From assembly GCA_051530055.1 (NCBI GenBank), contig CM121342.1:11919480-11983479 (forward strand): a stretch of DNA of 64,000 nucleotides, written 5' to 3'. Below are positions 13,335 to 26,388 of the stretch, in pieces; position 1 is the first letter of the stretch, and each line of letters opens with the position of its first letter. The notes beneath the pieces are model-generated. The model was given only the letters and a program-made list of their open reading frames with translations. It ran no database searches and was not told where the DNA came from. The DNA comes from Neoechinorhynchus agilis (Eukaryota; Animalia; Acanthocephala). Both the position numbers and the translations under genes were made by a program.

Positions 13335-13869
13335 TATTTCGTCAGTTTCAAGTTTTCTACTATTTCAAGCTCGAATACTGAGTGGAGTAGACCTATAAAA
13401 TGTGGACTACATCTTAATATAACAGAAGTGATATTAGCATTTCATGGAGCTCCTATAACGTCAAATAATATAGAATCAATTCTCTTTCAAGAACGCGTGA
13501 TCTAAAGTGATCGCAATGCAAATAAGAATTATCAAATCCTGTTTTGAACGTCTTGAAGCAAAAAAATAAAAAAGACTATGTCGTCTCATAATTGTCGAGG
13601 TTACGAGAAGCAGTAATAGCTTGGCACGATGCGATGAATCGATTTCGATGTTTCTGCTCTTGACAACGAAACCACAGCCCAGCTGAAACTGATCAAATTG
13701 GAAAATCTCAATCGAATTTTCGGTTTCACCGGTTATAAACTAAAGGCGTCGCTTCAGATCCCTCAGGAATTGAAGAGCCTCGCTGCCAAGAGATCCGTAC
13801 GTCTCAACCCCAAAAGGCACAAACACATGGGCCCAGGTTAAATCGAGGTATTTCGCCGTTTTCAGTCCT

Positions 13870-15735
13870 TCCGCAGCGCTCGCTGCACCTCCAGCTTGAA
13901 TCACCGAGAACTTGAGTTTGCTGGCCGCGAGTTTATCGACACAAGTGGCGTTCCAGAGGAGACATTTATCCTCCTACCACGGAAATGCGGTCACCCCATC
14001 AAGTCTACGCTCGGCGTCCCTACAGAGGTTGGCAGGTTCCAAAATATTGGGGGTATTTACCGCGTAACAAGTGCCCGGCTCAGCACCATGTTAATTTCGG
14101 CATGTCTTGCGAATCTACCGGCTGATTTTCTACAGATGAGACCATGACGTCCCGACGAATCCATATTTGTATCGCAGCGGCAACGGCGGGGATGACACAT
14201 TGATAATCCCAGTCTCATTGAAACTCCGACCCGTACTGCCTCGTTGGAGAGGAGAGTACCCACAGATGCCAGCGGGACCGCGTTCAACCAAGCACCTGAT
14301 TCTCTAGTGGAGACTGCCAATAACCTGGCACGGACAACGTCGTCGCTTGAGTCTGATAAGAGAGAGCTTTGAACTCTTGCGACGGGAGGTCGATCCCACA
14401 CAGATTGTTTTTGGCCATTCACAGGTACTTGATCGGAGCTGGTCAGTGTACACCACTCACTGATTCTCTCTTCAAGATGCCTATCAAGACGATACGCATC
14501 TTTCAAAATGCGCTTAACTCCGCTTCTGCTTCCTTCATGGGAGCCTAAAGAATCGGGCAGGGATATGTCTGCTGTTTTCCGAATGCCCAACCTGCCAGAA
14601 AATACGGGCTAGGATGCTTGTCGCCATGCCTCTTCTGACAGCTGGGCATCTAAAATTTGCTCGAGACAATCTAACTTGCCAAGCTGAACCTTGTGCTTGA
14701 AAAACGGCGCAGTGCGTAGAGCATATAGGAAGTTGGGGATGAAGAGGGTGTTCTTTATCAAGGACAGAGCCTCGTGTGATCCAAGCTCACAGACCTTACC
14801 GCAATGCACCGATAATTTCTTTAGAAGGCTGTTAATTTCGTTTTCTACATACCCATCAAGGACGCAACTGCCCAAAAGCTTAAGCCGGTCAAGGTCGATC
14901 ATTTCTATCCCGGGTGCAACATTTTCAAAGTCGCGCTTTATAGCGTCTTTGCAGAGCCCCTCTCTATGTTACAGAATAGAATTTCGCACTTTTCTGCGTT
15001 GAATTCAATGTCCAGCTTGCTTGCCCCATCTTGATTTTCTCCAGGCCACGAAGAAGTACCTGGGGGTCGCCCCGCAGCGTAGCATCGTCCAGTTACCAGA
15101 CATTGAATTCCGGATCAAGAGAATGCGCTAATTCGTTCACTGTGAGTGCGAAACCAATGGTACCTAATGGGTCTCCCTGTTGAACGCCTTTTTCGGAAGG
15201 AATGATGTGATTGTTGAATACAAGAAGGGTCACAGCTCCGTACGAATTTATGAAATACCCGTAAGCCTTCGATGCGTGATCTCTGATAGCTTTTAAGAGC
15301 GAGTCGCGATTAGCAGAATTGAAGGCGTTCCGGAAATCCAATTTCAGGATCACGCATAGTTTGACGTTCTCAATAACAAATGTACGGAGTGCGTGGACTA
15401 TGGCTTCCGCCTCGCAAGGTGTGCAGCAACCTAGTTGAACTGGACGAAGAATTTCAGCAACACCTTCTGTGACTCGCCTAGAAATCACTTTCCCTGCTAG
15501 TCGTCTCAATGTAGAGCCAATAGCGATGGGACGAATCCCACCGTCCTTCTTTTCTAAAGCGCAGAGGGAAACGCCAAAAAACAACGCCGACTAACCGAGT
15601 CAAGGCGATAAGGAGAACATGGGATGGATCACCTACGGAGAAGGACATCATGTCCTTTAAGTGCTGATGCCGAAGCCCGTCGAGCCCATGTGCTGACCCA
15701 TTTGCGAATAATGAAACAGCTGTCTGCCCTTTACA
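13870..15735 (-). mobile_element. Degenerate CRE-like non-LTR retrotransposon (RT plus RLE)
   Basis: GGIRPIAIG, LKLDFRNAFNS, GVQQGDPLG, ARLLAVSTRESGAWL, RCRCDT...HGLIC...RH; several frameshifts and stops. Confidence 0.85.
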
Positions 15736-15739
15736 ACTG

Positions 15740-17790
15740 GTGAAGCAACTCTCCCTAGAAAGTGCGCTTTCTCGGGTAGTCGACCGCCTGACTGGAGAGG
15801 ACCTGAATCCCGTTGCAAAAGACCTATGTTTCGGAGCATCATTATGTGCCCTCACAAAAAGAAGGTGGGATTCGTACCACTGCAGGAAAAATTTCTGTAA
15901 ATGTATCACAGAGAAAATCGGGCAGCAATTTCGCCTAGTCCAACTGGGCTGCTGCACATCCTGCGGAGCGGAAGCTATTGTCCACGCGCTCCGAAACTTT
16001 ACTACGATGAGTTCGCAGCCGTGCGTGATTCTTAAGTGTGATTCTCAGAACGCCTTTAACTCTCTCAATAGAGAAAGCATGTTCTGCGCAATTAGCGATC
16101 ACGCACCAGAAGCCTTCCAGTATTTTCTTAATACCAACGGGACGGCGACTCCTTTGCTTTTCGAAGACCACCTCATTTGGTCCGAAATAGGAGTGCAGCA
16201 AGGAAATTCCCTCGGTCCAATCACATTCTCCCTAACAGTAAATCCAATAGCGCATTCTCTCCATTCCAGCTTCAACGCTTGGTACTTGGATGACGCTACG
16301 CTCGGAGGTGATCCCTCCGTTGTACTGCGCGATTTGGAGACGCTGATTAGGGAGACCTCGAAGATGGGCATTGAGCTCAATGCTGGAAAATGTGAGCTCC
16401 TTGTATTGAATATTGGAGACGCCGCCAAAGTCAAAGAACTAATGGCTGGGTTCGAGGGCGTAGCTCCAGGTCTGAAACTCGTAACTCGGGAGCAACTCAG
16501 CCTCCTGGGCAGTTGCGTCTTCGATTCAAATGTGGAAGATGAGATCGGCCATATCATATCGAAACTTTCGTTGCTGTGCGATAGGGTGAGCGCTCTCTCG
16601 GCTCATGAAGCCTTGTTTCTCATAAAGAACGCGCTCTTCATCCCCAAATTATTGTACAAGGTTCGCACAGCAACATTTTTCAAACATAAGGAAGGATTGG
16701 CTAAGCTCGAAGGCAAGGTGAGGGCTTGTCTCGAGCGTATTTTAAATGTCCAGCTCTCAGATGAGGCGTTTCGACAAGCTTCTTTGCCTGTGTCATCTGG
16801 GGGATTGGGGATTCGGGCACTAGTGGACCTTGCTTTGCCGGCCTTTCTTGGATCGTTACCAGTATCGAAGAAAATTTTGAAGGAAAAGTTCTGTCTTGAC
16901 CGGGATTTCGTGGTGGCGGTTGAGGAATGGTGCCAGCAGACAGGCGCTAACCATGTTCCCGTGAATTGCCTCAGACAGTCGATCTGGGACGGACCTCTTG
17001 TCGCTCGCGATGGGGTCGTCTGAGCTAGACTGTTGGCAGTTTCAACACGAGAATCTGGGGCGTGGTTGGAGGCTGTTCCTCTGGCATCAGTGGGAACTCT
17101 TCTTACTGATGAGGTAACGAGGATCGCAGTATCCTTAAGACTTGGTCTCCCGATATGCACGCCCCATCGCTGCCGATGTGGGTCTTTGGTTGATGCTTTC
17201 GGGCCACACGGTCTCGTCTGCAGAAGGTCAGTAGGAAGGTTATCACGCCATTCTGAAATCAATAACGCAATTTCTCGGGCGTTGAGAACGGCGAACTTCC
17301 CGAACATCCTGGAATCCGCCCACCTTTGTCGACTAGACGGCCGTAGGCCCGATGGAATTTCGGTCTTCCCGTGGCGGGAGGGCAAATGCCTTCTTTGGGA
17401 CGCCACGTGTGTGGACACCCTCGCAGCCAGCAACATCCGCTACTCCCTCGAAATCACCGGTGGTGCCGCCAGTGCAGCGGAAGGGAGGAAAATACGGAAA
17501 TATATTCAGTTATCGAGGGCTCACTATTTTGTTCCCTTTGGGGTAGAGACGTACGGAGCGCTCGGCAGCTCAGCACTCTCTCTGCTCCAGGATCTCTCGA
17601 AGAAATTGAGAGAGGCAACCGGAGACTCAAGAGCAGGCGTATTCCTTCGACAAAATATCTCGCTGGCAGTGCAACGAGGCAATGCTGCCAGCGTGATGGC
17701 GACGGTCGAGGAAGGACAAAGGCTGGAATTTGGCGGGAGGTGGTGAGTGTGCTTCAAACAGATTGTTTGAATTGTTAAAAATATATAATG
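15740..17790 (+). mobile_element. 5-prime-truncated CRE-like non-LTR retrotransposon
   Basis: RT (GVQQGNSLGP, WYLDD), CCHC zinc finger, RLE (RPDG...WD...ETYG...QRGNAAS); in-frame TGA at 17021-17023; A-rich tail. Confidence 0.9.
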
Positions 17791-17829
17791 TTGGTAAAAA
17801 AAATGGAAAAAAAATTATAATGAGGGTAA

Positions 17830-20400
17830 GAGGGTCTATGAGTTCGAGGATGATGCAACGAAGAACTTAGGTTGAGATTTCAGATTGAGGGAACGAATTT
17901 CGTGGTAATTTTTTGAGATATTGAAGGACTTCATATGACGAAGCTAATGGGAGTATTGGAGAGCTGACAGAAGTGTCAGTTGTGGGAGTGATAGTTTGTG
18001 TAGTCTGCGGTAGGGCAATGGTTGTAATTTGAGTAAGGACATAGGTCCTGATTTATGGAGTCTAGGACATGTTTCTGTTCAGAAGAGGGCCATCTTGGGA
18101 AGGGATCAGGGTTGCGTAAACCAAGGGAAGGAAGTTTTTGCGGGCAGCACGTGTTTTGTGAGATAGTGCTTTCTGTAAACGGGAAAGTCAGGAGATTGAT
18201 TGCGATGGGTCGCATATGCTTGATTTTAAAAGTTTTAAGTTGGGGTTATCTATTGTGGGCCACGGTTGGATATTCTAATGAATTTCTTGGGTATTGTAGA
18301 ACTCAGGGAATTTTTTATGATTGCGGTTATGGAGGACATAGCAAAGGAATGGTAATTTGTGTTGTTAAATAGGAGGGTGCGAAATCATCGAATTGAACAA
18401 TTTGATAAAATCGTAAATGTTATGATGACGTTTATCCCAGACGGGTAAGCGAGGTGATTTCTGACGCTTAGGTGGAGTGGAGGGTGCCATAATGGCAGGA
18501 GAGTAGTCAGCGTTTTCGGTGGGAGGGAGTTTAGAAGCGGATGAGTAGGCGTCGATATTTGTGAACACTTTTTCGAGATAAGCATCAAGACGTGTTGGGA
18601 AGTCATTTCGGGGAAGGGTGAGAGAGGAAATATTTTATTGAAGTCCCCTGACAATAGGAAATGGTTTGAATTTGAGGAGCTTATGAGCTCTATCATGAAA
18701 TCAAGTTGACGTAAAGCGGACTCTGAACGAGAGGCGAAAAGGCGGTAGACGCCTGTAATTATGAATTCTCCAAATCCATTTCTTAGAGGAGCTGAGAAAT
18801 ATATGGCGATTAATTCTAGATCAGGGTTTTGCAAAGAGTAGGTTAGTGATTGTCGTCGGAAATCCTAGACGATCATCGCGGTATGTATGGAAGGAAAAGT
18901 ACCCGGAAAAGACGGCAGACGTGAAGCTTAGGGGTCAGTCGTGTTTCTGCTAAGATGATTACGTCGATTTTTGGAGTAGATGAAATGAGTGATACCTCAT
19001 CCAGTTAGGGAAGGAGGCATCAAGTGTCAGCATAGAGTACGATTGGAAAGTGAATTTTAGGTTTGGGCACTTTGGAGATGGAAATTAGGGAGCTGGCGGT
19101 TTAATTGGTTGATAAAGTAAGGGATGGATCGATACAAGTTTTCGATCTCGATGGACATAATACCCAAAGGGAGAAGACCGGGAGTAAATCGACAATTTGT
19201 GTTGGGATGAGTGATTGGCAATCACGGGATGGAGTGTTGAGTGAGGAATTAGTGTACTTCTGCCACGATTGGATGAGCCGATTTTTGTATATTTGTAGGG
19301 GGTAGATGCTGAATTTTTACTTGCATCGGGAGGGAAGTAGTATTTAATGTGGAAAAATTGGTAGATAGTGAATTATTGTTTATCGGGTGCTCGTGGAGGC
19401 GCACCTAGTCAAAGAAGTTGGGGAGTCGGTTACTCCTCGAAGTTTTGAGGCGTGATAGATTCTTTAGTGTAGCTGTTAAGATGAGGCTGGAGGGGCAGTG
19501 GTAACATGCGATGATCGAACAGGTGTGTTAAGTGAGTGGTCGGGGTTTGATGATTTAATGCGATAATTTTTATGTGAATAGATTCGAAAAAGAAGTTGTG
19601 AAGGAGCTTGCATTTTCTGTTAAGATGGAGAGAGAGGCTACGAGTGCTGAGTGGAAAGATACTTTAAAAAGACGTGGACGTGAGGTTAAGGGGGATTTCT
19701 TGAAGGGAATACACATAGCAGTTGTTGAGGAAGTAATCGTAGAGTGTATGTCGCGAGGAAAGTAGTTGACCGATACGAAAGATTTGATGGCTGTGGTGTG
19801 CACCCAAAGCGAAATGGTTTGCAACAGGGAATTTAGGTATTCCAGAGATAAAGGTGATTCGATTTATGTATTTTTCGGAAAGGAGTGCAACTTACAATGT
19901 GTCGATTTCAAATCGTTAAGTAAAGATGGAGGAAGAAGGTGCACGATGATAAAGATGAATCGTAGGGTTTATTGTTAGTATTTTACTTCACGTCGGCTTT
20001 AATAATTAAGTCTGATCAGTTGTTGATTTTTGAGAAATTTTTGGATTCTATGGTGCTGAGTGTGAAGGTGGAATGGGGAAACCGGAAGTCGCATGTGTCT
20101 GAACGATCGCGGGGGTTTCTGAACTGGGTTTTGAGGTATTATTCTGACCGGTTTGGTATAAAGCGCAGATGAAAGGATGGAGCGTGTAATCAATTTTGAG
20201 TTTGCTAGGTGTTTTAGCCAACGCCCATACGGGATAATCTTCTTCTGTGCATTCGATACAGAGTTGGCTAAGTTGGTTAAATGCTGTCTTTTTAGGCATT
20301 TTCGAAGGACGAACTAAAACAAGCTGTTTGAAAAGCGTTGACGAACTGGAGGAAAATCTCACCGAGTTATCTCCCCGCCAAACCGCTGTGCTCAAGATTG
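17830..20400 (-). mobile_element. Degenerate APE-type LINE (CR1/L2-like) ORF1 and endonuclease region
   Basis: IITGVYRLF...FLLSGDFN endonuclease motif at 18385-18834; fragmented ORFs; strong strand-biased C/T composition. Confidence 0.6.
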
Positions 20401-20479
20401 ACTTAAACGCTTTAAATAAGTGGACAGGAACGTGCTCTCAAACACAATCTCGGATCACCTTCTGAAAACTTCCCATATT

Positions 20480-21050
20480 TTAAGGCAGCCTATGGCACAG
20501 AGACCCCTTTATTCTATGAGAATAACCTGATTTGGTCTCAATCCGGTGAACAACAGGGGGATCCTCGGGGTCAATCGGATTTTCACTTGAAGGTCGAAAT
20601 TATACGTCGGGTATTTAGATGACGCTATTCTTGGAGACAAGCCTAAAGGACCTAAAGAATAGTTCGGAAACGATTTCAGGGTCTGGCTTGGATCTCAACT
20701 TCTAGAAGCGTGAGCTGCTGTTAGCTCGATCAGCTCAGTTTATTGGGTTCATGCGTACTGGGCAGAACGTTCCAATGGATACCGAAAGCACGCTGTCCAG
20801 TCTTGTGAAAGGGCATCAAAGTTAAAAACCCACGAGGCAGTGTTTCTCATCAAAAATTACCTCTACATATCGAAGTTTCTCTGCAAGCTCAGAACCACTC
20901 CAACCTTCGACCACCCGAAAGACTTGGCTAAGCTCGACAACTTGGGTTGATACGAATTGAGATCTTTTAGAAGTGGCGATATTCCGCTATTCGGCAAGGG
21001 ACTTTCGAACATGAGAGGAGAAAAATGGACTATTTTTAGCAACATTAAAA
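20480..21050 (+). mobile_element. Decayed CRE-like RT fragment
   Basis: GEQQGDP and YLDDAILG motifs, then HEAVFLIK...LAKLD similar to the CRE copy at 16600-16710. Confidence 0.55.
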
Positions 21051-21459
21051 AATTAATCAATTCTTGAATGAAAAGTTATTAAAGAAATATGCTATGTTGT
21101 AGAGAAAGCAAAGTTTCAGCGGTTTAACCCAGACTGAAATCATCCAGTAGAGATGAAAGAAGTTTGCCTCGGCGCATTCTCTTAGCAAAACCACGGACTA
21201 TTCACGCAGATATCTCGTGTACAGTTGATCGAGTAAAGACCAACTCAACAGCTTAGGCAGATTTTGATCTCTACTTAAGACTAACCGCTGGCAACTCTAA
21301 TACGTAAAACTCCCCCATAAACCACGACCATTCCTCCTGCATATCGCTGACCGTTTGTTTATCTAGTCTATCGTCTTTTCGAAACAATCTGACTCTCAAA
21401 TCCTTGTTGTTTGCGTATTCACATTGCGGGCAACACTTTCATCTTTCATTCAGTTTCAT

Positions 21460-22203
21460 CTATCCAAAAGGACAACAAGATCCTTCTAATGAAGACGACG
21501 AACCTCTGTCTAATGGGTCAATGATACGTTTCAGCAACGTAGCAGTCCTTGATTCCTCACCTTTGTCCTCCTTCCTCAATCGAGCAACTATGTCGGTCTT
21601 GAGCATGAGACTGTTTGTTACGGATAAAAACAAATTATTGACATTAATATTACTTTTGGCACTCGTCTCCATATATTCGATATTATACTGATGAGCCAAA
21701 GACTCACCTGCCGATTTAGTAACAACTCTTTCATTCTCCAAATCGCACTTATTTCCAACAAGAATCCGATGAACACTTCCACTAGCATTTTCTTCGATGT
21801 TATTCATCCATCGACGAACATTATTGAACGATTCCGCTCGGCTGACATCAAAAATGAGAACAATTGAGTCTGCGTTTCTATAGTAGGACCGAGTTATATT
21901 AAAAAACTTCTCTTGGCCAGCAGTGTCCCAGATCTGTAGACGAACGGCTCTGTCACCGATACACACAGTCTTCATTTTAAAATCAATTCCTATCGTACTA
22001 ATAAACGTATCCGAATAAAGATTGTCCGTAAAACGAAACATGAGGCACGTCTTGCCAACTGCTGAGTCACCAATCAACATCACCTTAAAGAGATGATCGT
22101 AGCGACCACCGGACCGTAACGGACGATATACGACAGGCTCTTGAACAGACGAACGTTGACGCTCAACTTTCTCATTGCGCTCAAACGACCGAGGAACCAC
22201 CAT
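21460..22203 (-). CDS. Rab GTPase, Rab8/10/13-like; intronless
   Basis: YDHLFKVMLIGDSAVGKT, FISTIGIDFK, WDTAGQE, VGNKCD, ETSAK and a C-terminal CCPFG prenylation signal; ATG at 22203. Confidence 0.9.
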   Translation of the reverse strand: MVVPRSFERNEKVERQRSSVQEPVVYRPLRSGGRYDHLFKVMLIGDSAVGKTCLMFRFTDNLYSDTFISTIGIDFKMKTVCIGDRAVRLQIWDTAGQEKFFNITRSYYRNADSIVLIFDVSRAESFNNVRRWMNNIEENASGSVHRILVGNKCDLENERVVTKSAGESLAHQYNIEYMETSAKSNINVNNLFLSVTNSLMLKTDIVARLRKEDKGEESRTATLLKRIIDPLDRGSSSSLEGSCCPFG

Positions 22204-22344
22204 CACAAAAAAACACACTATTCGTTCAAAACAAACAATCACAATCCAGCGTTCAAACTGTAAACATTTATTTTTTCGGCTGAAAAATTCTTTAGACAAT
22301 TTGAGCGCTTATTTAAATGAAAAATCAAATCAGACTATTTTTCC

Positions 22345-25310
22345 CGCGAAATAACGTTTCAAGAACTAAATTATTCGATCAGCAGAACAAGTGTTTATCA
22401 TGCTAATGAACGTTGTTCATGGATCAACGTTAGCAAAATCCAATAGGGTTTTGCGCAGATGGTCATTTTCGATTTTAAAAAGAGCGTCCATGAATCGTTT
22501 GAAGAAGAGCTCAAAAAAATAAAAACCTTTAAAGCAGCAAACGAGAAATTCAGCGATGAAAATAGTCGCCCTTTTTCGTTGGCGAAATATCAGCAGAAGA
22601 AGTGTTTATGATGTTAATGAACGTTGTTCATGGATCAAGGTTAGGAAAATCAAATTGGGTTTAGTGTAGATGGGCATTTTAGATATAAGGAACCTTTAAA
22701 ACAGCAAACGCTAAATTCAGCGATGAAAATAGTCGCCCCTTTTCGTTGGCGAAATAGCGTTTCAGAAACTAAAATATTCCATCAGCAGAACAAGTGTTTA
22801 TCATGTTAATGAATGTTGTTCATGGATCAACCTTAGCAAAGTCCAATTAGGTTTTGCGCAGGTGGTCATTTTCGATTTTAAAAAGAGCGTCCACGAATCG
22901 TTTGAAGAATAGCTCACAAAAATAGAAACCTTTAAAACAGCAAACGCTAAATTCAGCGATGAAAATAGTGGCCCTTTTTCGTTGGCGAAATAACGTTTCC
23001 GAAACTAAATTATTCGATCAGCAGAACAAGTGTTTATCATGCTAATGAACGTTGTTCATGGATCAACGTTAGCAAAATCCAATTGGGTTTTGCGCAGATG
23101 GTCATTTTCGATTTTAAAAAGAGCGTCCATGAATCGTTTGAAGAAGAGCTCACAAAAATAGAAACCTTTAAAACAGCAAACGAGAAATTCAGCGATGAAA
23201 ATAGTCGCCCTTTTTCGTTGGCGAAATAACGTTTCAAGAACTAAAATATTCGATCAGCAGAACAAGTGTTTATCATGCTAATGAACGTTGTTCATGGATC
23301 AACATTAGCAAAATCCAATAGGGTTTTGCGCAGGTGGTCATTTTCGATTTTAAAAAGAGCGTCCACGAATCGTTTGAAGAATAGCTCACAAAAATAGAAA
23401 CCTTTAAAACAGCAAACGCTAAATTCAGCGATGAAAATAGTGGCCCTTTTTCGTTGGCGAAATAACGTTTCCGAAACTAAATTATTCGATCAGCAGAACA
23501 AGTGTTTATCATGCTAATGAACGTTGTTCATGGATCAACGTTAGCAAAGTCCAATTAGGTTTTGCGCAGATGGTCATTTTCGATTTTAAAAAGAGCGTCC
23601 ATGAATCGTTTGAAGAAGAGCTCACAAAAATAGAAACCTTTAAAACAGCAAACGAGAAATTCAGCGATGAAAATAGTCGCCCTTTTTCGTTGGCGAAATA
23701 ACGTTTCAAGAACTAAAATATTCGATCAGCAGAACAAGTGTTTATCATGCTAATGAACGTTGCTCATGGATCAAGACTAGCAAAATCCAATAGGGTTTTG
23801 CGCAGATGGTCATTTTCGATTTTAAAAAGAACGTCCATGAATCGTTTGAAGAAGAGCTCACAAAAATAGAAACCTTTAAAGCAGCAAACGAGAAATTCAG
23901 CGATGAAAATAGTCGCCTTTTTTGTTGGCGAAATAACCTTTCAAGAACTAAAATATTCGATCAGCAGAACAAGTGTTTATCATGTTATTGAATGTTGTTC
24001 ATGGATCAACGTTTGCAAAGTCCCATTAAGTTTTGCGTAGATGGGTATTTTCGATTTTAAAAAGAGCGTTCACGAATCGTTTGAAGAAGAGCTCATAAAA
24101 ATAGAAACCTTAAAAACAGCAAACGCTAAATTCAGCGATGAAAATAGTCGCCCCTTTTCGTTGGCGAAATAGCGTTTCAGAAACTAAAATATTCGATCAG
24201 CAGAACAAGTGTTTATCATGTTAATGAATGTTGTTCATGGATCAACATTAGCAAAGTCCCATTAAGTTTTGCGTAGATGGGTATTTTCGATTTTAAAAAG
24301 AGCGTCCACGAATCGTTTGAAGAAGAGCTCATAAAAATAGAAACCTTAAAAACAGCAAACGCTAAATTCAGCGATGAAAATAGACGCTCTTCTTCGTTGG
24401 CGAAATAACATTTCAAGAACTAAAATATTCGATCAGCAGAACAAGTGTTTATCATGCTGATGAACGTTGTTCATGGATCAACGTTAGCAAAGTCCAATTA
24501 GGTTTTGCGTAGATGGGCATTTTCGATTTTTTGAAAAGAGCGTCCACGAATCGCTTGAAGAAGAGCTCATAAAAATAGAAACCTTTAAAACAGCAAACGC
24601 AAAATTCAGCGATGAAAATAGTCGCCTTTTTTGTTGGCGAAATAACCTTTCAAGAACTAAAATATTCGATCAGCAGAACAAGTGTTTATCATGTTATTGA
24701 ATGTTGTTCATGGATCAACGTTTGCAAAGTCCCATTAAGTTTTGCGTAGATGGGTATTTTCGATTTTAAAAAGAGCGTTCACGAATCGTTTGAAGAAGAG
24801 CTCATAAAAATAGAAACCTTAAAAACAGCAAACGCTAAATTCAGCGATGAAAATAGTCGCCCCTTTTCGTTGGCGAAATAGCGTTTCAGAAACTAAAATA
24901 TTCGATCAGCAGAACAAGTGTTTATCATGTTAATGAATGTTGTTCATGGATCAACATTAGCAAAGTCCCATTAAGTTTTGCGTAGATGGGTATTTTCGAT
25001 TTTAAAAAGAGCGTCCACGAATCGTTTGAAGAAGAGCTCATAAAAATAGAAACCTTAAAAACAGCAAACGCTAAATTCAGCGATGAAAATAGTCGCACTT
25101 TTTCGTTGGCGAAATAACGTTTCAGAAATTAAAATATTCGATCAGAAGAACAAGCGATTATCATACTAATGAACGTTGTTCATGGATTAACGTTAGAAAA
25201 ATCCAAATAGGTTTCGCGTAGATGGGCATTTTCGATTTTTGAAAAGAGCGTTCATGAATCGTTTGAAGACGAGCTCATAAAAATAGAAATCGTTAAAACA
25301 GCGGTTATAC
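22345..25310. repeat. Tandem satellite, about 236-bp unit, 12-13 copies
   Basis: Motif atcagcagaacaagtgtttatcatg recurs about every 236 bp; variant patterns recur at 472 and 709 bp. Confidence 0.95.
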
Positions 25311-25715
25311 GATTTTCGGCTATGAATCCTAAGGCATTTGCAGTAGTCGAATGTTTGCATTATCCTGGTGCCTATCAGCTCCTAAATCATTCTACATTCC
25401 TCATACGATATACTCAGTTTTCTTTGTGACACTTGGGTTTCGCAAACCCTCTCGCACTTTCACCCCATCAATCATTTGCTTTGGTGTGGTCGTTTTGTGT
25501 TTACTCATGCGTATCAACGAATCGATCGGAATAACGTATATTTATACGAAAAGATAAACGGCGCCATGAAATAGATTGATAACGCATTTCTGAAACGGTT
25601 ACACAAACACCATTATCATAAATCGGTCGTTATAAATCGTGCTTAGGTTGGTGGTTCGGTGTATATAACTCGCACACTCAGTCTTCCATTTCGCAACCCT
25701 CTCTCTTCTACAGGT

Positions 25716-26388
25716 ATGCTGTTTCTTACGATCTGTCTAAGTCTTTTGGTCCTTTCAAACGCCTTTGTCCCTACTTATGTGGGTATCGTCGAGCCACGCT
25801 CCCACGTCCGCCCAAGAATGGTCCACTCACATCAACCATTGACCAGTCAACATGGCAGTGGTTGGTACTACAAATATCCCGGTGAAGACAGTAGTGAGGA
25901 ACTCCTTCTTAGACATTACTTAGCCCGAGTTTCGTCGTAAACGTTGGGCAATTTCTTTTTTGGCGAAACACGGTTTAAACAGATATTCGCATGCCGGACC
26001 GGACTTTGATCCTTACGTTCAAAAACCCGATGAATTGGAAAAGGCTTTTGCAGCTCTTAAAGCGATTAAAAAGACTGAGCATGACAATCGGATTCTCTAT
26101 CACGTCCATGCATGCGAAATCGCACTTGGGAACCTTCTTAAGGCTCTACGCCAAAGAGCCCTTGTTGCTGCTATAGCGGAACAAGCTGCTGCTCAACACC
26201 AGCAAATGTTTATTAACCAACATACTATTCCGGATCCACCACAAGCCCCAGTGGCCATAGAAGCGCATGTTCCAAATGCTGAAACAGTCAGTCAAACGGA
26301 GCCTAACCCCGAACAGTTAGAAAATCTGGATAACATGAAGAGTGACACCGGCAACAGTGCCGTAGAAGGAGCTATTATACCAATGTAG
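25716..26388 (+). CDS. Putative secreted protein of unknown family
   Basis: Signal-peptide-like MLFLTICLSLLVLSNA; two ORFs are joined in frame by removing a TA-bounded insert (exons 25716-25922 and 25978-26388). Confidence 0.6.
25921..25977 (+). other. TA-bounded non-canonical intron-like insert (55 nt)
   Basis: tact TA gc ccgagtttcgtc ... ggcgaaacacgg tt TA aacaga; excision gives RHYLNRYSHAG. Confidence 0.75.

Noticed and set aside
22345-25310. CRISPR-like array or repeated 66-aa ORFs
   Set aside because: No unique spacers; whole units repeat, as in a eukaryotic satellite, and the ORFs are incidental.
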